Positions 1 through 12,299 of a DNA stretch of 64,000 nt are shown here, piece after piece. A model generated the notes under the pieces. It saw only the letters and a list, made by a program, of their open reading frames with translations, ran no database searches and was not told the DNA's origin. Each line of letters opens with the position of its first letter. Position 1 is the stretch's first letter. The DNA lies in the NCBI RefSeq assembly GCF_006345805.1, contig NC_043016.1, positions 29,698,001 to 29,762,000 on the forward strand, given 5' to 3'. A program made the translations under genes and the position numbers. This DNA comes from Octopus sinensis (taxonomy: Eukaryota).

Positions 1-829
1 CCTCACCAGGGTTCATAGTCCTGTGAATTACATGGCAGTCTTAATAGTGCAGAGGGAATGAGAGAAGCACCCAGTCCATGCTGTAAAGTGGTTGGCATTA
101 GGAAAGGAATCCAGAAGGGCAGAAACCATACCAAAGTAGACATTGGGACTCAGTGTAGACCTTAGACACATCAGATCCTGTTGAACTGTTCAACCCATGC
201 CAGCATGGAATGTGGACAGTAAATGATGGTGATGATGATAATAATCTAAGAAGGATGAAAGGTGAGGTCGACCCTTAGACGTTAGATGATGATGATAGCG
301 TATTATGTTGGACTATATGATTTTTCTTTTTAAGATGGTTGTAAATTGAAGAAGGTTTTGTTGCTGTTTCTAGCAGGTCAAGTAAATGTTCTTCCATTGG
401 CTTCATTTTCTCTTGGGTTTAATACTGCCTTGCAGAATCAATTGATGCAGTTTAATATAAATTGGTGCTTTGCCATTAGCAAGAGAAATTTGGATGCAAA
501 ATAATTTTATTATAATATCTGAAGGAAAAAAAAAAAAAAATCAATTTTTGATTCCTAGAAAGAAAAAAAAATAATAATGTAAAATTTGAAATAAAGAAAT
601 AAAAAAAAGGAAATGTAGAAAGAAAAATGAAAAAGAAAATTCTGCCAGCATCCATAAAGCAAGATTTGTAATACACTGCTTTAAGATGATGGTGGTGGTG
701 GTGGTTGTGGTGTTAGTGTTGGTTGCAGTGGTGATGATGGTGGCAACGATTGTGGTTACATAAGAGATTTTGTAAAGTGGGGTGCAGGGCCGTTTTTTGT
801 AGTTCTTGTATCTTTTACTTGCTTCACTC

Positions 830-1036
830 ATTAAACTGCGGCCATGCTGGGGCGCCGCCTTGAAGAATCTTGGTCAAACGAATCGACAACAGTACTAATT
901 TCTATTTGAAGTCTGGTATTTATTGTTGGTCTCTTTTGCCGAACCGCTAAGTTACGGGGCCGTAATACACCAACACCGGTTTCAAGTGGTGGGGATGAAG
1001 GAAAACACAGACACAAAGACGCGGGCACACACACAC

Positions 1037-1091
<55 letters not shown>

Positions 1092-1635
1092 TAGCAGTAT
1101 CGCCCGGCGTTGCTCGGGTTTGTAAGGGAAATAACTATATAAGCATTTTAGAGATGTAAAGTATAATAGCCATCTCAATATGGTTAACCACAAAGGGTGG
1201 GGTGTTACTGTAGCTTTTTACGTTCTGAGATTTAATAATAAATTTTTAGAGAGTTACTTCCCTTATATATGCCAAAAATGCATTAAAAATGGGAAAAATT
1301 GATGGTAAATTTTTTTTAAAATCATAGACTCATTGTAGACGCACGCTAATACCCAGAAGGGCTTGATATGAATCACGACTATAAGATACCCGGTTTTGGT
1401 TAAACTGCACCGCAAAATGTGGAAGTAGTTAGGAATCTAAATCGTAGGAGACAGACAGCACACAACCTCACTTTTATATATAAAGATATATACACGACGG
1501 GCTTCTTTCAGTTTACGTCTGCCAAATCCACTCACAAGGCTTCGGTCAGCTTCAGGCCATAGTGGAAGACACTCGCTGAAGGTGGCATACAGTCGGAGTG
1601 AACTCAGAACCCAAAACTTTGTGGTTGGGGAGAAC
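830..1635 (-). mobile_element. tRNA-derived CORE-type SINE, split by Helitron copy 1
   Basis: Same family as 4946-5350; halves at 830-1090 and 1487-1635. Confidence 0.75.
1091..1486 (-). mobile_element. Non-autonomous Helitron, copy 1 (internally variant)
   Basis: On the - strand: 5' TC...TATATATAAAA start and 3' hairpin CCCGAGCAACGCCGGG followed by CGATACTGCTAG; inserted between A and T in the (TA)n tract of a SINE; no TSD. Confidence 0.85.
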
Positions 1636-2043
1636 ATTTTTTTACCACTCCCGTTATCATTGAAATGAAATTATTCTTTTTAATCAGCAGTAACGACTGT
1701 GGTGTAAAATATTTCAGGGGAGGTAACTTTATTGACAACAATGGACGGTTTGAAATTTCTATCTTGTTTTAGCCCGTTTTAGTCCCAATCCAGCATAGCT
1801 ATGACGAAAGCCATGACCATCTCGTCTTATTTTCACACATAGTATTAATGTAGTACTACATTATACCCATTGGTATATCCTTTAGTCGAGCAAATAGACC
1901 CCAGGACTTATTCTTTGTAAGCCCAGTACTTATTCTATCGGTCTCTTTTGCCGAACCGTTAAGTTAAGGGGACGTAAACACACCAGCATCAGTTGTCAAG
2001 TGATATTGGGGGGACAAACACAGACACACACACACACACACAC

Positions 2044-2097
<54 letters not shown>

Positions 2098-2306
2098 CAC
2101 ATACATATACAGTTTCCGTCTACCAAATCCACTCACAAGGCTTTGGCTGGCCTGAGACTTGTTCTGCATAGGACAATGTTACTACTCTTTTTAAGCCCTG
2201 GTAGACACCTCCACATGGTTAATGGCACAATATGTGTCCAATATATTGCAAACAAGGGAGCGAACAACTCCATCTAGCGGCGACTGGACAAGCTTATATA
2301 TATATA

Positions 2307-2812
2307 TCTATATATATAAAACTCTAGTTGTGTGAGTGTCTGTCCCCTTCGATTTAGATTCCTAACTCCTCCCACATTTTGCGGTGCAGTTTAACCAAAT
2401 TCGGGTATCTTATAGTCGTGATTCATATCGAGCCCTTCTGACTATTAGCGCGCGTCAACGATGAGTCTACGATTTAAAAAATAATTTAACATCATTTTTT
2501 ATTCCATTTTAATGCATAAAATGCATCGTATGTCGATGGCGGCGGAGTTGGCGTCCACGCTCACAGCTGCACCTGTTTGCTTCTCCCCCTTCCCTCCCTC
2601 GTGAAGCTGTGGGGAAGGGAGTGTAAAGAAATCAACGTCGTAATGTGTTGTGAAGGAAACAAGCGTTCTTTTAGAACAACGACTTCATGGCTTGAAGACA
2701 CCAAAACAAAAATGGCTAAGAAAGCCCGAATTTATAAGGGAAGTAACTCTCTAAAAATGCTTATATAGTTATTTCCCTTACAAACCCGAGCAACGCCGGG
2801 CGATACTGCTAG
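2307..2812 (+). mobile_element. Non-autonomous Helitron, copy 2 (506 bp)
   Basis: a|TCTATATATATAAAAC ... CCCGAGCAACGCCGGGCGATACTGCTAG|t. Confidence 0.9.
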
Positions 2813-3141
2813 TATATACATACATACACATACATATACAGTTTCCGTCTACCAAATCCACTCACAAGGCTTTGGCCGGCCTGAGACTTGTTCTGCATAG
2901 GACAATGTTACTACTCTTTTTAACCCCCGGTAGATACCTCCACATGGTTAATGGCACAGTATGTGTCCAATATATTGCAAACAAGGGAGCGAACAACTCC
3001 CATCTAGCGGCGACTGGACAAGCTTATATATATATATATATATATATATCGTTTTGGGATTTGGTTTGCAAGATTCTTTATATGAGTTCGTGTATTGAAG
3101 CATATTCTCTCCCCAGACACAACAGTATATATATATATATA

Positions 3142-3650
3142 CTAGCAGTATCGCCCGGCGTTGCTCGGGTTTGTAAGGGAAATAACTATATAAGCATTTT
3201 TAGAGAGTTACTTCCTTTATAGATGCCAATTCGGGCTTTCTTAGCCATTTCTGTTTTGGTGTCTTCAAGCCATGAAGTTGTTGTTCTAAAAGAACGCTGG
3301 TCTCCTTGACAACGCATTACGACGTTGATTTCCTTAAACTCCCTTCCCCCACAGCTTCACGAGGGAGGGGAGAAGCAAACACAGGTGCAGGTGTTTGAGC
3401 GTGGACGCCAACTCCGCCGCCATCGACACACGAAAAATTATGCATTAAAATGGAATAAAAAATGATGTTAAATTATTTTAAAAATCGTAGACTCATCGTA
3501 GACGCGCGCTAATAGCCAGACGGGCTCGATATTAATCACGACTATAAGATACCCGAATTTGGTTAAACTGCACCGCAAAATGTGGGAGGAGTTAGGAATC
3601 TGAATCGTAGGAGACAGACACTCACACAACTACAGTTTTATATATATAGA
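3142..3650 (-). mobile_element. Non-autonomous Helitron, copy 3
   Basis: Same termini as copy 2 on the opposite strand, more diverged; directly abuts copy 4. Confidence 0.9.
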
Positions 3651-4156
3651 CTAGCAGTATCGCCCGGCGTTGCTCGGGTTTGTAAGGGAAATAACTATAT
3701 AAGCATTTTTAGAGAGTTACTTCCCTTATAAATTCGGGCTTTCTTAGCCATTTTTGTTTTGGTGTCTTCAAGCCATGAAGTCGTTGTTCTAAAAGAATGC
3801 TGGTTTCCTTCACAACGCATTACGACGTTGATTTCTTTACACTCCCTTCCCCACAGCTTCACGAGGGAGGGAAGGGGGAGAAGCAAACAGGTGCAGCTGT
3901 GAGCGTGGACGCCAACTCCGCCGCCATCGACATACGATGCATTTTATGCATTAAAATGGAATAAAAAATGATGTTAAATTATTTTTTAAATCGTAGACTC
4001 ATCGTTGACGCGCGCTAATAGTCAGAAGGGCTCGATATGAATCACGACTATAAGATACCCGAATTTGGTTAAACTGCACCGCAAAATGTGGGAGGAGTTA
4101 GGAATCTAAATCGAAGGGGACAGACACTCACACAACTAGAGTTTTATATATATAGA
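3651..4156 (-). mobile_element. Non-autonomous Helitron, copy 4 (506 bp)
   Basis: Near-exact reverse complement of 2307-2812 (I saw about 3 substitutions). Confidence 0.9.
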
Positions 4157-4945
4157 TATATAGTGTGTGTGCGCGCGCGCGCTCTACAGTTTCCTTGCCT
4201 CGACATTGTGTGATAGTTGTAAACGAATGTCATTGTCGTACGGCGATGTTTTTCGTTTCCATGAAAACGTGTCTGGTGGTCACGGGGAAAATATCATAGG
4301 TGAGGATTTGTAAATGGGAGGGCATCCGGCCGTTGAAAAGCTGTTCCAACGAATTCCGACAGACTCACGCAAGTATGGGAAAGTGAATGTTAAAAGGGTG
4401 TCGGTGACAGCTGCGGCAGCGGAAAGATGACGATTTTATTCATTTGAGATCTATTCTAAAGTAGTCAACAATAGCATGTGTGTCAACATATTCGAAGTGG
4501 TAAACCGAGAAAAGTTAATTTATTTAAAGTAACATGTGAAAGCCATATGACGCCGTCACGCTTTCTTGCACATTATGTTGAAGTGATATGCTGTTTATCT
4601 GTTTAGGTTCAATTGGGAGAAACCAATGGGAGAAATTTACTATTGTTTCGGCGGAGTGGTGTTGGTCGGAGGGATAGGCGTCAGGAAACCGATAAAGAAT
4701 TCGTAGCTTTAACTTGAGAATGGTTTGATCTGGAAGACTGAGAGACAAGGGAGACAACTCTGATATTTTAACTAAAACTTCAAAAATTATACATTTTCCC
4801 ACCAAACCAAGAAAAAACTTTGAATAAACAAATCAATATTAAAATTCGATGTATGTATACAGTACTATGTGTAAATACATGATACTGTTTGGCTACAAAG
4901 ATTTTCTCCACACACTTTTAATAAGAAAATAATAATGTAATATTA

Positions 4946-5350
4946 GGCGTAGGAATGGCTGTATGATAAGTAACTTGCTTACCAACCACATGATTCCGGG
5001 ATCAGTTCCACTGCATGGCACCTTGGGCAAGTGTCTTCTACAATAGCCTCGGGCCGACCAAAGCCTTGTGAGTGGATTTGGTAGATGGAAACCGAAATCC
5101 GTCGTATGTATATATATATATGTATGCATGTGTGTGTGTGTACATGTTTGTGTGTCTGTGTTTGTCCCCCCCCCAACATCGCTTGACAACCGATGCTGGT
5201 GTGTTTTCGTCCCCGTAACTTAGCGGTTCGGCAAAAGAGACTGATAGAATAAGTACGAGGCTTCCAAAGAATAAGTCCCGGGGTTGATTTGCTTGACTAA
5301 AGGTGGTGCTCCAGCATGGCCGCAGTCAAATGACAAACAAGTAAAAGAGA
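4946..5350 (+). mobile_element. tRNA-derived CORE-type SINE, full length (abundant family)
   Basis: tRNA-like A/B-box head, CCTTGGGCAAGT CORE-like motif, internal (TA)/(TG) microsatellite, tail GACTGAAACAAGTAAAAGA-like. Other copies at about 1880-2155(-), 10300-10700(-), 12917-14035(+), 14580-15225(-), 23895-24300(-), 42850-43270(+), 55591-56000(-). Confidence 0.8.
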
Positions 5351-7140
5351 GTATGTAATAAAGCATTATAATTTTTTTAGATGATTTATTATATACCAAT
5401 GCTGATCATTTTCTCCTCATCTGTATGTGAGTAGCCATGCAGCTCTACAAGAACTTTATCCCTTAGCACGAAGCCAATCCTTCTCCTTCGGAGTTTGTAG
5501 TCTTGCAAGCAGCGTGACAACTTTAAGTGTCGATACCGGGAGAAAGGCACCTTGTCCACACTGTAAAGTTGTTGGTTTCAGGAAAGGCAAGCAGTTGTAG
5601 AAATCATGCCAAAACAGACAGTGGAGTATGAAACTGTCCTTTGAACCCATCAGATCCTGTCAAACCCATGCCAGTATGGAACATAGACGTTAAATGATAA
5701 TGATGAAAATTAAATACTAAAAACTAATTTACTGGATTATAATAATCTACTATTGTAGTAGTTATGCATTATTTGTGACATGGTGTTATAAAGTTCTTAA
5801 GCAAAATGAGGTCCCATCAGTTGAGATGAGCGGAATTGTTACAAAGTTATCGTTGCAGTTATGAGGTCTTTGTTCATTAATACTGTGTGGCACATTGAAT
5901 AAATGTCCTCCTCTATGTTAGCCATGGGTCAGTGTAAGTACCGGTGAGAATAGGTTGACAGGAAGTGTATGGCAGTTAGAGTGGTGTACTGGTAATTGAA
6001 AAGGTACAGCCTTGTGAAATCATTGTATCACACTGACTCATCATAATCATTTTGATGTCCACTTTTCCATGCTTGCATGGGTTGGACAGAATTTTTTGAG
6101 GCAAATTTTCTACAGCCAGATGCCTTTTCTGTTGCCAACTCTCACTTGTTTCCAAGCAAGGTAAAATATCTCCCCATGGCCAGACATGTTTATTGCAGAA
6201 TATTGGAAATGAATGATACTGCTTTTACAACACTGGTACTTCTTTACAATTATCATGTTACGTTAAGACAAGAAAACACAAACACGCATGCACACACATG
6301 GCAGGCATTTTTTCAGTTTCCATCTACCAAATTAACTCACAAAGCCAGAACTACAGTTGGAGACATTTTCCCAAAGTGCCTTGCAGTGGGACTGAACTTG
6401 GAACCATGTGGTAGGGAAGCAAGTTTCTCAATTGCACAGCCATGCCTGTGCCTAATTCATCATCACTATTTAACGTCCGCTTTCCATGCTGGCATGAGTT
6501 AGATGGTGTGACTGAAACTGTTAAGCTGGAGAGCTGCAATAGGTTCCAGTCTGATTTGGCATGGTTTCTATGGCTGGATGCCCTTCCTAATATCGACTAC
6601 CCCAAGAGTATAATGGGTGCTTTTCATGTGCCATTTACATGACACCAGCAATAGCCATGACTACGGTTTCATGGGTGCTATTTACATATCACTGGTAACG
6701 GCCATGACTACTTTCTCACATGGCTTGACAAGTCCTCTCAAGTGCAGCATATTACCAAAGGTCTCCGTCACTTTGGCCTCCACGAGGCCCAAGATTTGAA
6801 GATCATGTTACCAGCAATGGTGACAGTTACGATTTCACAGGTACCATTCACATGACTCTGGCAATAGCCATGACTGCGATTTCACTTAGCTTGACGAGTC
6901 TTCCAGTTCTATTTTAGAATTACATTTAAGTTACAAACGATTATGGAATACTTAACTACTAACATTTTAATACAATGAACAGTTACTTCAACTGATTCAA
7001 CTATTAGTATAATCACAGCTGAAATTGGCAGAGGATCTGTCTACATACTTTTTAAAATTTATATATTACATTTTCTTTTTTATATTCTTCTGGTAAAATC
7101 TTGGGAAAATATCCATTTATTTATCTTGTTTCCATTCCAG

Positions 7141-7212
7141 GCCAAAGCCGTAGCAAATGAATCAAATGCTACATTCTTCAATATTAGTGCTGCCAGTTTA
7201 ACTTCCAAATAT
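7141..7212 (+). CDS. SPAST: Spastin exon (human exon 9 equivalent)
   Basis: ttccag|GCC...TAT|gtgagt; [24 protein letters not shown]; phase 0-0. Confidence 0.95.
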
Positions 7213-8665
7213 GTGAGTATTGAATCATTTCCACTTACCCTCCACATTACAAAAGATTAGGATTTTGTCGGATGAAAGTGTAAATTATTGACCACACACG
7301 CACACACATACACACACAAAAGCATTTTCAGAGTTCATGTGACAAAGGAGAAAGCTAAATTATAGATAAATCAAATGCAATAATACATGTATGTTTGTGT
7401 GTGTAAAGATAAGATCCAAGGATCAAGTTAGTGAGCTTCAAGTAATCCATAGAAGATATAAAAAATAACTTTCAGGAATAATAGTGTAGAAGGTTGTAAA
7501 TTTTTTCCTATATCGAAGTTTGATAAGCAGAAAAAAGTTATTTTTATGGTTTATGGGGTTGCTGTGTATAGGAATAAAATCCAAATTTGGGGAATGGAGC
7601 AAGTAAAATCCAAGTTACATACGTTTTGTAACTGGGAGAACCTTGGGATATAGTAATTACTTAAATGTGGGGTAAACTGCTAGCTACTTGTCAGGTCAAA
7701 GATATCTTAGTCAAATGAAGGTTACATTGTCACCAAGGGATCCCATGTTAACTCACAGAAGATTTGGTTGATACTAAAGAGAGGGAATTAGAGAGGTATT
7801 TGGTAATACAAACAGAAATAGCACTCAAAAGCTATTTAATATTTGACCAGCAGAAAGTTTACACAAGTGACTTAAGGGCCGAGAGTTTTGTGCATCAGCA
7901 CTTATCATAGTTTAATAAGTATCAACACATGAAATTCTTTGCCCTTGAATTACTTTTATAACTCCTGTTGAATAAAAAACAAAATATTAATCATTATATA
8001 AATGATAATAGAACAGGAGTTACATAATCACATACATTAGCTTACAACTGTTTCTGCTATAAGAAACCATGCAACTAGAGTTGAGTGTCAGTGCAACAAG
8101 TGTAATATAATATATGATATAATATAATATATATATGTGTGTGTGTGTGATATTAAGATGTGATTTATATTTTATATTTGTAATTTACAGTGATATTTTT
8201 AATTGTATATAAAATTTTAGTTTATCAAATTTTTTCTCAACAGGTTGGAGAAGGAGAAAAACTAGTCCGCGCCCTCTTTGCTGTCGCCAGGGAACTACAA
8301 CCTGCTGTGATTTTTATGGGTAATGTATAAATTTTTGAATCTTTATATACTTGTTAGTAAACCAATGAAAAGTTACATTGAGGTAAATACTTATGAAGAA
8401 AACACAAGATTGAAAATGGTATTAAATAATTTCTCAAAGAACTCTAGAAAAGTGTTTTTGTTTTTTTTATACTTACTTCTGTTGCTGGGGGAATGCCTTG
8501 AAGAAATTGAAACCCAGTAATTACATTTAAAAAAAAAAATTCTATTAGTTTCTTTTACTTAATCACTGTTATGGGATTTAAATAGAATTCTACTATAGCT
8601 TCAGGCCAACCAAAGTCTTGTGAATGGATTTGATGGATGGAAGCTGAACGAAGCCTGATATATAT

Positions 8666-8744
<79 letters not shown>

Positions 8745-9288
8745 GGCTTCTTTCGGTTTCCGTATATATATATATATATATATATATAGGGTCATCCCAT
8801 AAATAATGCAGTCTTTTTATACTTCTTCTATTTTTCAAAATTAAGATAAACAAAGTTCTTTTTAAATCTAAAATACACTCTCCTCTGTTTTCTTCAATGC
8901 ACTTCTATATAACTGGTAGATTTGCAAGGCGCCTCTTCCAAAATTCACTTGTCCATAACAAAAAATACTCCTCCAGTACTGTTCTGACCTTGTCTACAGA
9001 ATTCATATTTTTTCCACTGCCTGGTACTGCATCAGGGCATTTATTATAATTATTATTTAATGTTCTATATTTGAAAGTTTCAATAACATATTGAGATCGA
9101 TTCACTGACTATATATCCTTGCCATAAATGTGTGACCATGTGCTGAAATTACGTATTATCATCATCAACATCATCATCAATATTTTTGCTTTTTAGATGA
9201 AATCGACTCCTTACTTTGTGAAAGGAGAGAAGGAGAGAATGAAGCTAGTCGTCGCTTAAAAACAGAATTCCTGATAGAATTTGATGGG
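7141..9288 (+). CDS. SPAST: Spastin (microtubule-severing AAA ATPase), partial: 3 internal exons
   Basis: Exons 7141-7212, 8244-8319 and 9197-9288, all AG/GT bounded, splice to [80 protein letters not shown] (pore loop 1, Walker B). Lengths 72/76/92 nt equal human SPAST exons 9-11 as I recall them. No Walker A exon or downstream exons found in the window. Confidence 0.95.
8244..8319 (+). CDS. SPAST: Spastin exon (human exon 10 equivalent)
   Basis: caacag|GTT...ATGG|gtaatg; [25 protein letters not shown]; phase 0-1. Confidence 0.95.
9197..9288 (+). CDS. SPAST: Spastin exon (human exon 11 equivalent)
   Basis: ttttag|AT GAA...GGG|gtaaga; [31 protein letters not shown]; phase 1-0. Confidence 0.95.
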
Positions 9289-9560
9289 GTAAGAAACATT
9301 CATTGTTACAAAAAATTTTTTTTAAATTGTAATTTTTCAATTTAACATTTTGAAATCAAAGTTCTTAATTAAACTCTTAGAGATGAAGTTTACTATTGTT
9401 TCTATGCTAACGGGGTAGAAGTATAGATATATTCTTAGAGACATTAGCTCTGTTTTACTTGTACCACTGGAATGGTGGGCTAATAGACTGGTCAAGTTGT
9501 CTTATAAGGGTTAAAAATAACTGCTGATATGTAGAATGCACACATACAAATGCATATCTG

Positions 9561-9880
9561 TGGCACTCTGTCAGTTACGACAACAATGGTATCAGTTGAT
9601 CCAGTTAATAGAACAGCCTGCTCATGAAATTATCATACAAGTGGCTGAGCACTCCACAGACACATGTACTCTAAATGTGGTTCTCAGGGAGATTCTGTGA
9701 GATGCAGAATGTGATAAGGTTGGCCATTTGAAATACGGGTACTACTCATTTTTGCCAGCTGAGTGGACTGGAGCAACGTGAAATAAAAGTGTCTTGATCA
9801 AGGACACAATGCGTCGCCAGGGAATTGAACTCATTATCATAAGGTCATGAGTCAAATACTCTAGCCACTAAGCGACACAC
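9561..9880 (-). mobile_element. tRNA-derived SINE (second CORE-like family)
   Basis: - strand head GTCGCTTAGTGGCTAGAG...GAGTTCAATTCCC, then GTGTCCTTGATCAAGACAC; related pieces near 33320-33560, 34615-34760 and 56540-56680. Confidence 0.65.
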
Positions 9881-11074
9881 CTTCACACAAATGCCTATCT
9901 ATCTATACATGTGCACACACACACACATACAGACACACGCACATGGACACAAACACCCACCCACCCAACCACCTAAAGAAACAAACACACTTATCTAATA
10001 TAAATGCAAATGTCAATGTGTCAGTGTGTCACACTTTTTCAAGTTTACTCTTAGAAGCCGTAGCCCAACATATCATGCCATTTTGGAATCGGGCCAATTC
10101 CATGAGTAAATTAAAAACATTCTGGGCCAAATCCGGACCTGCAATACTTTGGAGACTAAACTCAAAGGTTGATTTGGTGTCCTTTTTGCAAGATATAACA
10201 AAAATGTAGCAATTACTTGAAAATATTGTGTTTTTCTCTTATTATCAGTTGTCGATAGATGAAACTATAAGATCATTAGCCCACTATTGTTTTTACTTTT
10301 ATCTTTTACCTTTCAGAGGTTTCAGTTATTAGATTGTGGCCGTGCTGGGGCACTACCTTGAAAAATTTTCAGTCAAATGAATCGATGCCCGTACTTTTTT
10401 TTTTATTTTTCCTAAGCCTGGTACTTATTCTATTGGTCTGTTTTGCCAAACTACTAAGTTATGGGGATGTAAACAAACCAACACCAGTTGTCAAGTGGTG
10501 GTGGTGGACAAAGACACATGCACACAGAAACACACACACATATGCAACAGGCTTCTTTCAGTTTCCGTCTTCCTAATCCTCTCACTCACAAAGCTTTGGT
10601 CAGGTTGGGGCTATAGTAGAAGACACTTGCCCAAGGTGCCATGCAGTGGTATTGAACTTGGAACCGTGTGGATGGGAAGCAAACTTCTTACTATGCATTC
10701 ATGCCAACATCTATGCTGTGATAAATAACATCAGCTGGTTGCAAGTCCTCACAGAATGGGTTTTATTTCAGACATTTCCTTCCATTGTATGGTTGTTGAC
10801 TCCTCTTAATTCTTCTGCCCTTTGGTAGGTCTTAATTTCTCATTCTGCGAGATGTCCAAAACACACCTCCTTCCTCACCAAGCAAGCTTTCACATTGCTC
10901 CCATCCATCCAGTTGCAAATGGGTTTCTTTGCAACAGACTGACATTCTACTCAGGGAGAAATGTTGGCCTGCACATCTGGCCAGCAGAGTGGCACCATTT
11001 GAAAGCTACAACACTGTGATGCAGCACATAGTGACCTGTGGTATATAACACCATCTGATGGCCTGGTCAATGCA

Positions 11075-11506
11075 ATTGGTTGGCATCCTTTTTGTCTTGG
11101 GAGACAATGGAGTTGCGCATAAAATAGTCTAGTCCGGCTTTTACATTTCATGTCCTGATACACTTCCTGCTGTGGCTGTGTAGTCCTATCCTGGACAAAC
11201 ACTCCCTGTGGCAGGTACCGCAAATGTAGCGAAGACTGTTCCTGGCTGGTTGTAATGCCATAGTTTCTTGTTGATGTCTTCTCTTGTCTTTCCATTTCTC
11301 CTCTCTCTCTCTGTCACTCCTTTGTATTCCCTCTTTTACGGTATGTCGCCAATCTCCACGGTTGCCAGCAACTGCTTCCCAACCGCTAATATTGATGTTG
11401 CAGGCCTACATGTTCCTTTTGCAAACATCCTTGTAAACGTAAGAACGGTCTACCCCAGACCTAGTACCCCTAGCAAGCTCCATAGAGTATGTCCTTGGGG
11501 ATAGTG
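11075..11506 (-). mobile_element. RTE (BovB-like) LINE 3' fragment, pseudogenised
   Basis: - strand reads IPKDILYG/LARGTRSG..YKDVCKRNM*ACNINISGWEAVAGNRGDWRHTVKEG...YICGTCHRECLSRIGLHSHSRKC (C-terminal CCHC finger typical of RTE-BovB), then a GGATGCCAAC 3' end; one frameshift and one stop. Confidence 0.85.
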
Positions 11507-11509
11507 ATA

Positions 11510-11562
<53 letters not shown>

Positions 11563-11714
11563 TGGAGAAATTAAATAGAAAAATAACATCCCACATAGTT
11601 TTACTCAGTTACCTTCAAAATATGTAAAATCTTACATATTTTTTATAGCTGCAGGTATGGTTCTGTGATAAGCCACTTGCTTCACAACCACATGGCTCCA
11701 GGTTCAGTCCTACT

Positions 11715-11814
11715 NNNNNNNNNNNNNNNNNNNNNNNNNNNNNNNNNNNNNNNNNNNNNNNNNNNNNNNNNNNNNNNNNNNNNNNNNNNNNNNNNNNNNN
11801 NNNNNNNNNNNNNN
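11715..11814. other. Scaffold gap of unknown true size
   Basis: Exactly 100 N; both flanks lie inside the same SINE family head (ggttcagtcc present on each side). Confidence 0.95.
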
Positions 11815-12299
11815 GGTTCAGTCCCAGTTCGTGGCACCTTAGGTAAGTATTTTCTATTATAGAACTTAGCTTACTAAGGTGGATTTTGTATGGGAAAACT
11901 GAATGAAGTCTGCACACACACACACACACACACACTCATACACAGATAAAGTTAGATAAAGCCAGTTTATGGAGTTAACCTGGGTTTCATGCCCATAAAG
12001 TGTTTAGCTTTACAGCATGTCATCAGATTCCAAATCTGTTGGCCTATGGTCTGTCTAGCAAGTGCTAGGTTTCACGTAAAACCCAGGGTAATGCCATAAA
12101 CAGGCCTTATCTAACTTTATATAATATACTGCTCTGTACCTTAGAATGTGCTTCTTTTTTGTATTCATGTTTTACCAACAATATATAAAGTGATAGCATG
12201 TTGTCAACTTAATGTGACAGTCCCATGAAAGGGAAGAATGCTACTGTTATTTAGCCCTAGGAAACACCGTCTAGTCATAAGAAAATATTATCTTGCTCA

